Source: a virus. Taken from it: a stretch of 64,000 nucleotides of DNA. Both the position numbers and the translations under genes were made by a program. Shown here piece by piece: positions 47,574-55,993 of the stretch (positions within the stretch are counted from its first letter, which is position 1; each line of letters starts with the position of its first letter). The notes below the pieces were generated by a model that was not told where the DNA came from, searched no databases, and saw only the letters and a list, made by a program, of their open reading frames with translations. The stretch covers positions 14,348-78,347 of the IMG/VR virus record IMGVR_UViG_3300025872_000050. The stretch is one strand, 5' to 3'.

Positions 47574-48061
47574 TGTCGCACCAAGTCTTCATGGGCTCCT
47601 GCCCGTCAGACGATCGCTTCGAGGCCGCGCAGTGGGATCCGCACATCGGCACCATCGGCAAGCCGAAGGGCGGCCTGTGGACGTCCGACCTGCTGCCGGA
47701 AGGGACGTCGCCTTGGCTCGAGTGGGTGCGAACTGAGCAGCCGGACTGGAGGAGAGAGGCGTGGGTCTGTGAGTTGAAGCCGGACATCCACACCGCTCAC
47801 GTCTGGAGCCGCCGCGACCTGGTCCGGCTGGGCATCCCAGAGAGCTGGGATCAGCTCAGCCAGAGATTCCACCGCGTCCGCTTCACTCAGTCGGTGATCG
47901 ACTCGCGGTTCTCCTCGAAGTTCGACGTCGACGAAGTGTCGCGCTTGCCTAGCATACGCGAGATGCTCGTGTGGTCGCTTGACGTCCCGAGCTCCGTCTG
48001 GCTGCGTCCGCCGTCGGAGTGCTTCGCCCGCGTCTACCAACTGGAGACCGCAGATGTCTGA
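47573..48061 (+). CDS. Conserved phage hypothetical protein (KPxGGLWTS family)
   Basis: KPKGGLWTS...WLEW...W..LS...DVPS.VW. Confidence 0.6.
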   Translation: MSHQVFMGSCPSDDRFEAAQWDPHIGTIGKPKGGLWTSDLLPEGTSPWLEWVRTEQPDWRREAWVCELKPDIHTAHVWSRRDLVRLGIPESWDQLSQRFHRVRFTQSVIDSRFSSKFDVDEVSRLPSIREMLVWSLDVPSSVWLRPPSECFARVYQLETADV

Positions 48062-48287
48062 GTCAGAACCCACCGACGAAGAAGTCACCGAAGCGGTCGA
48101 CCACCTTATCTCGTGGGCGCAGGGACGATCATGGACGCTGGAGGACGACGGCCTCTCCCAACGCCTCGCGAACGTGAGCGTGTGCATCCGCTGCGGGAAG
48201 CGCACAGCGGGCTGGTTCCACAGCGACTACATGCTCACATCTGAGGGCCTCATCTGCCTCGACTGCGCCTTCCCAGACAGGCGGTAG
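48054..48287 (+). CDS. Small zinc-finger protein
   Basis: CIRC...CLDC. Confidence 0.5.
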   Translation: MSESEPTDEEVTEAVDHLISWAQGRSWTLEDDGLSQRLANVSVCIRCGKRTAGWFHSDYMLTSEGLICLDCAFPDRR

Positions 48288-48290
48288 CTG

Positions 48291-48370
48291 TTTACTTTGC
48301 CCCGGCATTAGTATACAATATTTATGTCGGGATATTCCCCGGCAAACCGCTACTACCTCGCCCGAGGAGG
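48291..48370 (+). promoter_or_regulatory. Class A promoter (TTTACT-N17-TACAAT) plus CCTCGCCCGAGGAGG
   Basis: Shares GGCATTAGTATACAAT with the 20.1-kb promoter; 15-mer at 48356-70. Confidence 0.75.
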
Positions 48371-48375
48371 CTGCG

Positions 48376-48825
48376 ATGACAGCGACATTCTGTGACACCG
48401 CGCGGACGCCCTGCGGCTACTGCCGCCGCTGCGCCATCCACGACGACCCTTGCGGCTGCACCACCGTCGAGGCCTGGGACCGCCGGGTCGAGGCGGCTCT
48501 GCTCGCGCTGGCCGCCGTCGACGGCGGGAACTCCGGGCTCGCTGAGCGCTACCGGCGCGAGTGGGATCGCGGGCTGGTCACGCTCGAGGAGCTCGAGGCG
48601 CTGGCCAACCGCCGGCGCCCCACCGACCGCGGCTGCGACACGTTCGAGACGCTGGCGGCTCGCTACGAGTTCGTCGCGCGCAAGGCGGCGAAGGGCTACA
48701 ACCACTTCACCGGCTTCAAGGACAGCGGCGACCCCGCCAAGCCCTACGGCCTCAGCTGGGGCTTCAGCGAGGGGATCGTCCTGGACGGCCTCTACCTCAA
48801 GGATCTGGAGGGGCTGATCCACTGA
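48376..48825 (+). CDS. Hypothetical early protein
   Basis: Directly follows the promoter and RBS motif. Confidence 0.6.
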   Translation: MTATFCDTARTPCGYCRRCAIHDDPCGCTTVEAWDRRVEAALLALAAVDGGNSGLAERYRREWDRGLVTLEELEALANRRRPTDRGCDTFETLAARYEFVARKAAKGYNHFTGFKDSGDPAKPYGLSWGFSEGIVLDGLYLKDLEGLIH

Positions 48826-48996
48826 CCCTGTTGGGAGACGCAGCACTAAGCTGGCGACAACGGGAGCATCCGGAACCTACCGGCTCTGCTTCCCGGCTCC
48901 CAACCGAAGCTGCCGCGGGTTGCGGGATACAAGAGGGTGGTAAGGAGGAAGACCGCGCCAGATGAGTTGCCACCGCCCGCGGCAGTACTGACCCTG
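48821..48996 (+). ncRNA. Structured intergenic element flanked by 10-bp direct repeats (ACTGACCCTG)
   Basis: Stems GTTGGGAG/CTCCCAAC, CGGGAGCA/TGCTTCCCG, CTGCCGCGGG/CCCGCGGCAG and GGTGGTAA/TTGCCACC. Confidence 0.45.
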
Positions 48997-49000
48997 ACAA

Positions 49001-49015
49001 CCTCGCCCGAGGAGG
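49001..49015 (+). promoter_or_regulatory. Start-associated hairpin CCTCGCCCGAGGAGG
   Basis: Exact copy, 4 nt before ATG 49020. Confidence 0.75.
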
Positions 49016-49019
49016 GAAC

Positions 49020-49448
49020 ATGAACGACAAGCTCGACATCATCACCCAGGACACAGCGCTCTTCGACATCGACGATCTCGAGGAGCTGCCCACCGTCATC
49101 GACGACATCCACTCGGTCGGCGCGGCGCTGACCGCCAAGCGCATCGAGGAGATCAAGGCGAACCTCGCCCTCCTGGACGCCAAGGCGGCCGAGCTCAAGG
49201 CGCGGCTGGCGCAGGAGCAGGACCGCATCCGCGGCGTGCTCCCTCCCGGCGTCAGCGTCCAGGTCGGCGACTACGTCATGCGCCGCACCGAGGTCGCCGC
49301 GACCGAGCGCTTCAGCCTCCGGGCGATGCGCGAGGCGGGCGAGACCCTGCCCAAGAAGCTCGAGCGCTTCGTGAACCTCTCCGGCGCGCACGAGCGCTGG
49401 ACGGTGAAGCGCGCGGCCGAGCGGACGTCCCTGACCAAGAAGGACTGA
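49020..49448 (+). CDS. Coiled-coil hypothetical protein
   Basis: Strong codon bias and SD. Confidence 0.65.
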   Translation: MNDKLDIITQDTALFDIDDLEELPTVIDDIHSVGAALTAKRIEEIKANLALLDAKAAELKARLAQEQDRIRGVLPPGVSVQVGDYVMRRTEVAATERFSLRAMREAGETLPKKLERFVNLSGAHERWTVKRAAERTSLTKKD

Positions 49449-49453
49449 CGCAG

Positions 49454-49663
49454 ATGTCGACGTCACCCTGGAAGCGGGTGTCCGTGGACTACCCCGGCCG
49501 CCCGCGACACCGCGCGCACACGGTGGAGGTGCAGCCGTGGGGCGACCAGCACGTCATGCTGGTCCTCATGAGCGACACGCGCGTGGTCGAAACGCTGCTC
49601 AGTCGCGAGCAGCTCGAGCAGGTGTTCGAGACCGCCAAGACCGAGATGGGGAGAGGAGGCTGA
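49454..49663 (+). CDS. Hypothetical protein
   Basis: Present in the ORF track; typical codon usage. Confidence 0.5.
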   Translation: MSTSPWKRVSVDYPGRPRHRAHTVEVQPWGDQHVMLVLMSDTRVVETLLSREQLEQVFETAKTEMGRGG

Positions 49664-49798
49664 TTGGCGAACGACAAGCGCAAGCCCACGGCTGCGGACA
49701 AGGCGCGGATCGCGGCGTTCGTCGCGGCCCTCGCCAAGAAGCACGGGGTGCCGCTCTCGAAGGTCTACCCCGACTACCCCTCAAAGGAGGGCGCATGA
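49664..49798 (+). CDS. Small basic hypothetical protein (TTG start)
   Basis: GAGGAGG SD; MANDKRKPTAADKARI... Confidence 0.5.
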   Translation: MANDKRKPTAADKARIAAFVAALAKKHGVPLSKVYPDYPSKEGA

Positions 49799-50082
49799 CA
49801 ACCACGTTGACCGACAAGCAGAAGATCGCGGCGGTGGAGGACTGGCCGATGTGGCCGGTCCTCCCCGTCAAGAAGCCGGCGACCGAGCCAGGGACGTTTC
49901 CCGACCTCGGCGTCGTCACGGCCGACTACCCGGAGACTGTGATCCACGTCAACCTCTTCGGTGTCGATCGAGCCAAGCTCGTGCTGGTGCAGCTCGAGAA
50001 CGACGGCGAGGTTCCCGGCGTCAAGACGACGCGGTACGCGGACGTCGACACGATGCTCGCCGACGGATGGGCGGTCGACTGA
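49795..50082 (+). CDS. Conserved actinophage-type hypothetical protein
   Basis: WPMWPVLPVK...DGWAVD. Confidence 0.6.
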   Translation: MTTTLTDKQKIAAVEDWPMWPVLPVKKPATEPGTFPDLGVVTADYPETVIHVNLFGVDRAKLVLVQLENDGEVPGVKTTRYADVDTMLADGWAVD

Positions 50083-50282
50083 TGATCGTCGCCATCGCCA
50101 ACATCGACATCGCAGTCCTGCTGCTCGTGGCGATCACGTGCGGCTGGGCCGGGTACCGCGAGGGACGCCGCGACGAACGCGAGCGCTGGCGTCGTCGCCT
50201 GCGCGAGAACGCGTGGTACGCTACGTTGCGCGCAGCTGAGTTCCAGGCTCAGCAGATCGACGAGACGCAGACCGAGCGATGA
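50082..50282 (+). CDS. Small membrane protein
   Basis: N-terminal TM segment followed by GYREG. Confidence 0.5.
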   Translation: MIVAIANIDIAVLLLVAITCGWAGYREGRRDERERWRRRLRENAWYATLRAAEFQAQQIDETQTER

Positions 50283-50447
50283 CGACGTGCGACCACCACG
50301 TCATCAACCTCAACCAGGACTACACCGGCGCCTACGTCTCCTGCCCGACCTGCAAGCTCAGGGAGACGCTGACCCCGGCGGACGTCGCGGCGCTCAGCAC
50401 CGCCGGTCTGAGCATGACCGAGCACCACAAGGTGTACAAGCAGGTAC

Positions 50448-50544
50448 TTGACAGGGCCTCAGCAAAAGTATACAATACAAGTGTAGGGAATCCTGGGTCC
50501 GAGCCGCCGGGAAGTGGCAAAGACCCCAACCTCGCCCGAGGAGG
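50448..50544 (+). promoter_or_regulatory. Near-consensus sigma70 promoter (TTGACA-N17-TACAAT), leader hairpin and CCTCGCCCGAGGAGG
   Basis: -35 at 50448-53, -10 at 50471-76, 15-mer at 50530-44. Confidence 0.85.
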
Positions 50545-50548
50545 AAAC

Positions 50549-51415
50549 ATGGCTGCGATTCGTCCCCTTCCCAAGCCGCCGGCCGAGATCGACTCGGTCG
50601 CCGCGCGCTTCGTCCCTGACGGGGCGGAGGACATCATCAACATGGCGAACGAGCGCACGGCCGTCGCCATGACCATGGAGACCGGCGTCCCGCTGGTCCT
50701 CGTCGGTCACACCGGCGTCGCGAAGACGGCGCTGCTGCAGCGCCTCCACCAGGAGGCCGGGTGGCCGTACCACTCGGTGCCGGGCCACGGCCAGGTCGAC
50801 GTCGACACCCTCGTCGGCAAGATCTGGGTCGAGGACGGCACGATGCAGTTCCGCCCGGGGATCCTCCCCTTCGCCATGAAGCACGGCATCGCCATCGGCT
50901 TCCAGGAGATCAACGCGGTGGTGCCCGAGGTCCTCATCATGCTTCACGAGTACCTCGACGAGGGCTTCGTCACCATCACGGACCTCCCGCCGGAGCACCC
51001 GGACTTCATCATCCGCCCGCACGAGAACTTCCGCCTCTACGGGACGATGAATCCGCCGGAGCTGTACCCCGGCGTCCGGGAGCTCTCGCCCGCTCTGGCG
51101 CGGCGCCTGCTGATCCGCCGCGTCGACCTGCTCACGCCCGAGGACGAGCTGAAGGTGCTGCTCAACCGGGTGCCCACGCTGGACGAGGACCTCGGGCGCC
51201 AGATGGTGCAGACCGCGCAGGGCGTGCGCAACAACTTCAACGACAACAAGGGCCTCTTCTGGCTCTCGACCGCCGACCTCGTCATGTGGGCTGACTTCAC
51301 GGTCCGCCTCGGCGATGCCTTCCAGGCCGCTGAGCTGGCGATCTACGGCAAGGCCCCACACCACGAGGAGCAGTTCATCCGCTCGCTCGTGTCCACGACG
51401 ATCGCGAGGGTCTGA
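50549..51415 (+). CDS. MoxR-family AAA+ ATPase (CbbQ/NorQ/CobS-like); the frame is also open from 50279
   Basis: GHTGVAKT, FQEIN, NFRLYGTMNP, LSPALARR. Confidence 0.85.
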   Translation: MAAIRPLPKPPAEIDSVAARFVPDGAEDIINMANERTAVAMTMETGVPLVLVGHTGVAKTALLQRLHQEAGWPYHSVPGHGQVDVDTLVGKIWVEDGTMQFRPGILPFAMKHGIAIGFQEINAVVPEVLIMLHEYLDEGFVTITDLPPEHPDFIIRPHENFRLYGTMNPPELYPGVRELSPALARRLLIRRVDLLTPEDELKVLLNRVPTLDEDLGRQMVQTAQGVRNNFNDNKGLFWLSTADLVMWADFTVRLGDAFQAAELAIYGKAPHHEEQFIRSLVSTTIARV

Positions 51416-51416
51416 C

Positions 51417-53405
51417 ATGAGCTTCTCTGTCACTGAGCACAACCTCCGCACCTTCGTCGACAAGCTGACGACAGCGCTCCTGGAGGAGGGCTCCCCGGTC
51501 ATCGTGGAGCCCGGCGAGTACTGGGCCGCTGCTCCGACCGCAGATCCGCCACGGCTGACGTACCGCGTGGCGGATGTCGCGGTGCTCGGGGAGGCCATCG
51601 TCACTGTCACCGCGCACGAGGTCGGGCATCTGCTCTTCACCGGCGAGGTCGACCTCTCGGCCTGGAACAAGAAGCGGCCCAACGCGGCGCTGCTCCTGTT
51701 CAACATCGTCGAGGACGGGCGAATCGAGTGGAAGATGTCCGAGCGCTACGCCGGCTGCGGCACGCTGTTCCGCGAGGCCCAGGTCGGTCTCTGGCAGCCC
51801 CACGTCGAGAAGCAGTTCGGCGCCTTCCCGACCAAGTGGCGCTTCATCCACAACATCGGCCGGGTCATCAACGGCTTCCCCGCCCTCGGAGACGAGCGGG
51901 ACAAGGCCGCCATCGCCGAGATCGAGGCGATCGTCAAGGCCGCTTCGCGAGCGGAGACCGGCCAGGACTGCGCAGACATGCTCGGCCCCGTCCACGCGGT
52001 GCTGAACCGCCTCATGGACGAGGACAAGCGCAAGCGCGACGCCGAGCGCAAGAAGGCGAAGCGCGACGAGGAGAAGCAGCAGGGCGTCGCCAAGCAGCCG
52101 TCCTCGATGGCCCAGATGAACGAGGACACCGAGGACGCCACCGAGGGCGACCACGCCCCTGCCGCACAGGACGACGGCCAGCCCGGCGGAGACGACGGCC
52201 AGCCCGGCAAGCGGCAGGGCGGCTCCGGCGAGGCGACCGAGGGTGCCCCCGGCGAGGACGATGGCGGCGAGGGCGACGGCGAGGCCGATGTCCAGATGCG
52301 CGGCGCCGGCGGCAACGGCGGTGCGGGGCCCAAGCAGATGCACGATGACGACGAGGACCTCGCAGACGTCGAGTCCGGGGACGCGGTCGACGACGACGAG
52401 CCCGCGGGCGACGACGTCAAGACCGGCAACCCGATCCAGCAGATGGTCAAGGAGATGTCCAAGCAGGCCGACAAGCCGACCTTGATCAAGAACTGGGAGG
52501 CCCACTTCAAGCGCCTCAACCGCCAGGCCGCCCAGGTCGAGAAGCAGATCCAGGCGGAGAACGAGGCGGCGATGTCGCGCCTGGCCGAGGGCATGGGCCT
52601 GACCAAGAAGTCGGCCCAGCTGCGCGACCGCATGGCGCGGAACGCTCCGATCTACGAGCAGATCCGGGCCGAGGTCGCTCCGTACATCAGCACGGTGCGG
52701 CGCTACGCGGTCGGCGTCCTGCGCGAGAACGCCCGCGACCGCTGGGGCGGCAGCTACGTCTCCGGCCGGCGGATCAAGGCGAACCGCCTCTACCGCGTCA
52801 CGAACGAGGACAACCGCATCTTCGAGAAGAAGCGCGAGCTCGGTGGCCGGAGCTACTGGGTCGGCATCTGCCTCGACCAGTCCTCGTCCATGAACGGACC
52901 GCGGATGCAGACGGCGGCACGGTCGGCGATCGTGGTGCTCGAGGCCCTGGAGGGCATCATCGAGACCTCGGCCGTCGGCTTCCTGACCCGGGCCTCGCGA
53001 TGGGCCCACATGGGAGAGGCCGACCTGAGGCTCTACAAGCGCCTCGACGAGAACATCCAGAACGTGAGGCCGCTGCTCGCTGAGATGCGGAACTCGGACG
53101 GCACCACGCCGATGGCCGATGGCCTGCGGCACCTCTTCCCTGACGCGGCGAAGTCGACCGCCGATGAGAAGGTCGTCCTGCTGATCAGCGACGGCCAGCC
53201 GAACAACGCACCGTCCGCTGCGCGCGAGATCCATCGCCTGCAGCGGAACGGGGTGAAGGTCTTCGCCCTCGCCATCGGCGGGAGGAACAAGTTCCTCGAG
53301 GAGACCTGCGACCGCGTCGTCGACGTCGTCGACGTGGCGGACATCCCGAACGCACTCCTCTACCTGCTGCGCTCCTTCGTCAAGCGGAGCGACATGGCAG
53401 CGTAG
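51417..53405 (+). CDS. CobT/NorD-like VWA protein with an N-terminal HExxH domain and acidic linker
   Basis: AHEVGH, NIVEDGRIE; MIDAS DQSSS, GTTP and ISDG. Confidence 0.85.
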   Translation: MSFSVTEHNLRTFVDKLTTALLEEGSPVIVEPGEYWAAAPTADPPRLTYRVADVAVLGEAIVTVTAHEVGHLLFTGEVDLSAWNKKRPNAALLLFNIVEDGRIEWKMSERYAGCGTLFREAQVGLWQPHVEKQFGAFPTKWRFIHNIGRVINGFPALGDERDKAAIAEIEAIVKAASRAETGQDCADMLGPVHAVLNRLMDEDKRKRDAERKKAKRDEEKQQGVAKQPSSMAQMNEDTEDATEGDHAPAAQDDGQPGGDDGQPGKRQGGSGEATEGAPGEDDGGEGDGEADVQMRGAGGNGGAGPKQMHDDDEDLADVESGDAVDDDEPAGDDVKTGNPIQQMVKEMSKQADKPTLIKNWEAHFKRLNRQAAQVEKQIQAENEAAMSRLAEGMGLTKKSAQLRDRMARNAPIYEQIRAEVAPYISTVRRYAVGVLRENARDRWGGSYVSGRRIKANRLYRVTNEDNRIFEKKRELGGRSYWVGICLDQSSSMNGPRMQTAARSAIVVLEALEGIIETSAVGFLTRASRWAHMGEADLRLYKRLDENIQNVRPLLAEMRNSDGTTPMADGLRHLFPDAAKSTADEKVVLLISDGQPNNAPSAAREIHRLQRNGVKVFALAIGGRNKFLEETCDRVVDVVDVADIPNALLYLLRSFVKRSDMAA

Positions 53406-53412
53406 CACAAGG

Positions 53413-53501
53413 CTTGGAGCGCGACCCCGTTCTCTCCCCCCGCGCTCCAAGTACGATCGAGACCCCCTCCCTGACTCGGGCAGACGGGAGGGGGTCTCGA
53501 T
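53413..53501 (+). terminator. Tandem hairpins ending the MoxR/VWA operon
   Basis: 11-bp stem (53413-23/53441-51) and perfect 16-bp stem (53456-71/53486-501). Confidence 0.7.
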
Positions 53502-53536
53502 TCGTATTCCCGTAAGCCAGTAGGAGGTAACATGAG

Positions 53537-53959
53537 GTGAAGTCATTGTCAGCGGTCGCCGCATGCCTAACGGCGACCCTCGCGCTGGGGCTGACAACCC
53601 CGGCTCCAGCCCTGGCGGGCAAGCCCGCGCGCAAGCAGGCATGGCAGTGGGACTACAAGAAGTGGATGCCGAAGCACTGGCAGAACCTCGCGGCGTGCGA
53701 GACCGGGACGGATCCTCCGAACTGGGCGCACAACAGCGGGACGTACCAGGGCGCCTTCGGCTTCTACTACGTTAGCTGGGACAGCTTCAAGCTACCTGGA
53801 TATCCGTCGGAGGCGTATCTTGCGACTCCGTGGCAGCAGTGGCGAGTCGCCAAGCGTATCGCACAGCGGTACGGCATGGCCGAGCCTTGGGGTTGCTGGC
53901 GCGGGTCGCATCACGCCTGGGTCAGAGCCGGGATGCCGGAGTACGGCTTCCGCGGCTGA
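53537..53959 (+). CDS. Secreted resuscitation-promoting-factor (Rpf)-like transglycosylase
   Basis: Signal peptide (...APALA), W..LAACETG..NW, YQGAFGF..SW, ATPWQQ..VA, PWGC. Confidence 0.8.
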   Translation: MKSLSAVAACLTATLALGLTTPAPALAGKPARKQAWQWDYKKWMPKHWQNLAACETGTDPPNWAHNSGTYQGAFGFYYVSWDSFKLPGYPSEAYLATPWQQWRVAKRIAQRYGMAEPWGCWRGSHHAWVRAGMPEYGFRG

Positions 53960-53975
53960 GCAGAGAAGGGACGAA

Positions 53976-54200
53976 GTGGAGGAAGCTCCTTACCTGGTCG
54001 CCGTGCGGGCGAATGGAGAGGTGCATCAGTTTCCGTTCTGCCTAGGGATGACCGAGAGGACGAAGGTCGAAGCCCAGATCCGCGCCATTGCCAGGAACGC
54101 GAAGGCGGCAGGCGCGGACTGGGTCGGCCTCAAGCAGGGAGATCGCGTGCTGCTGCGAGGAAAACTTCAAGAAGACGGAGGTTGGCTGTGGGAGTCCTGA
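53976..54200 (+). CDS. Hypothetical protein
   Basis: Fills the intergenic gap; GTG start. Confidence 0.45.
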   Translation: MEEAPYLVAVRANGEVHQFPFCLGMTERTKVEAQIRAIARNAKAAGADWVGLKQGDRVLLRGKLQEDGGWLWES

Positions 54201-54826
54201 CGAAGCGGTACCCCATGTCAGGTGTAGGCACGCCGCGAGTGATGCCGTGGCAAGATCGGCCGTTCAACGGCGACAGCTTGGTCGCTGTGCGCATCCTCGA
54301 CATCAGTGACAGGCTGAACCTGACGCGAGCGGTGGAGACCGGGACGTGCTACGGGTCCACCGCGATGTGGCTGGCCGAGCACTTCGAGTCCGTGACGTCG
54401 TTCGAGGTGGAGGAGGCGTACTTTCGCGAAGCGCAGCTGCGTTGCAGCCTCCGCGGGCTGCAGGTCAACCTGATCCACGGCGACAGCGTCTCGGGGCTCA
54501 GGGACTACCTCCGCGAACACGGCTCAGACGCCACGCTGTTCTTCCTGGACGCCCACTGGGGCGAGCACTGCCCGCTCCACGACGAGCTCCGCCTCATCGC
54601 CGAGTCGTCGGGCGGGGCCTTCAGCTCGGCCATCGTCGTCCACGACGTCAAGGTCCCAGACAGGCCGGATCTCGGCTACGACACGTACCCCGACGGCGAG
54701 CCGTTCACCCTCGCGAGCATGGAGGAGCTCCTGGACGAGATCTACGGCCGCGGCCGCTACAAGGCCGACTACAACTCCGACGCTGCGGGCGCACGGCGAG
54801 GGGTGCTCTACGTGGAGCCGGCGTGA
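54182..54826 (+). CDS. Class I SAM-dependent methyltransferase (start uncertain, possibly 54215)
   Basis: VETGTCYGST, SFE, GDS, FFLDAH, VVHD. Confidence 0.8.
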   Translation: MAVGVLTKRYPMSGVGTPRVMPWQDRPFNGDSLVAVRILDISDRLNLTRAVETGTCYGSTAMWLAEHFESVTSFEVEEAYFREAQLRCSLRGLQVNLIHGDSVSGLRDYLREHGSDATLFFLDAHWGEHCPLHDELRLIAESSGGAFSSAIVVHDVKVPDRPDLGYDTYPDGEPFTLASMEELLDEIYGRGRYKADYNSDAAGARRGVLYVEPA

Positions 54827-55008
54827 GGAGCTGCAAGGTCTGCGGAGGCGAGCTGCCGCCTCGTTCGCGCGAGTACGCCGACCCCTACTGCTCGTCCAAG
54901 TGCGCTCGAGAAGACCACGGGGTCGTCTTCGACTCAGACACCAGGGTGCCCGGTCGCACCGGGAAGCCCAAGATGTACCACCGCAAGAAGGGAGCGAAAG
55001 ATGCCTGA
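54823..55008 (+). CDS. Small zinc-finger protein
   Basis: CKVCG...YCSSKC. Confidence 0.55.
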   Translation: MRSCKVCGGELPPRSREYADPYCSSKCAREDHGVVFDSDTRVPGRTGKPKMYHRKKGAKDA

Positions 55009-55231
55009 CTCATCTGTGCTGCCGGGGCCGGCCAAGCGCGTGTACGAGGCCCTGGACGCGGAGCGCTGGTCGACCGCCATGGCGCTCGTGGACAAGCTCG
55101 GCATGGCCGAGACCGAGATCGTCCGACAGCTTCGACAGCTCGAGGACGCCGGCTGGGTCGAGACGGGCTTCGTCCCGGAGGGGTCCCCGAGCGGAGCGGC
55201 GGCCGTCGGCTACCGGAAGAAGGCGAGATGA
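55001..55231 (+). CDS. Winged-helix DNA-binding protein
   Basis: RVYEAL...LVDKLGM....IVRQLRQLEDAGWV. Confidence 0.7.
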   Translation: MPDSSVLPGPAKRVYEALDAERWSTAMALVDKLGMAETEIVRQLRQLEDAGWVETGFVPEGSPSGAAAVGYRKKAR

Positions 55232-55671
55232 CCGCCCCCGCGCTCGACCCGTCCGTGTACGCGCAGCGGTTCCACGAAGCCTACGAGCGGCTCGCTCCCA
55301 CATTCGGCTACGAGACGCGCCCGGAGTCCGCCGTCCCGTGGGACGAGGTGCCAGAGGAGAACCGGCAACTGATGATCGCCGTCTGCGCGGTCGTGCTGGC
55401 CGACCTGACCGCCGAACGAGAGAGGGCGCATCAGTGGCTCATCGAGCACATGGCGGATCCCGATGACGATGACGACTTCGCTCGTCTCCTTGATCGTCTG
55501 TTCCGATTCGGAGATGCGGCGTGGGGTACGGCGGGCAGTCAGATCGCTCGGGTGGAGACACTGGAGAAAGCGCTGCGGGCGGGAGCGGAGGGCAACGGCC
55601 TGCACAAGTCGGCCTGCCGGGATCTCCTGGCGTCGGGAGAGGCCTGCACATGCTCCCGCGTCGGGAGGTGA
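55228..55671 (+). CDS. Hypothetical protein
   Basis: AQRFHEAYERLAP.FGYETR...W..VPE.NR.LM motif common in phages. Confidence 0.6.
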   Translation: MTAPALDPSVYAQRFHEAYERLAPTFGYETRPESAVPWDEVPEENRQLMIAVCAVVLADLTAERERAHQWLIEHMADPDDDDDFARLLDRLFRFGDAAWGTAGSQIARVETLEKALRAGAEGNGLHKSACRDLLASGEACTCSRVGR

Positions 55672-55911
55672 CCCCGCAGGCCCGCCGACCAGGGTCTTCC
55701 TCGCCCGATCTGAGCTGCGGGTACGCGAGCGGCCTCCGGGGGATCTGGGCCGTGGGACGTGGGTCGTCGGCCGCCGGGCGTCGTCCTCCGAGCAAAGGTT
55801 CTGGGCATCTGGAGATCAACGCGGAGGGGCACGGGACTTCCGCTCAGGTCCGCGCGGTAAAACCGAAGGGGGCCTCGGCCGTGGGCCGACGGCCGCCGAC
55901 CGAGGAGCCCT

Positions 55912-55993
55912 CGAGCCTTGTTTACAGCCGAGAAAACAGAGCGCGAGCCGAGAGGCTCGCGTTCCTCGTTTTCCGGCCTGTAAACAGAGCTCG
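55912..55993. repeat. Imperfect inverted repeat of about 80 nt with a GAGA loop
   Basis: CGAGC..TGTTTACAGCCG.GAAAAC.GAGCGCGAGCC-gaga-GGCTCGCGTTC...GTTTTCCGGC.TGTAAACA..GCTCG. Confidence 0.8.

Noticed and set aside
48830-48904. tRNA-like cloverleaf
   Set aside because: Only a three-way junction; no TTC T-loop, no D-loop GG, no 7-nt anticodon loop and no CCA end.
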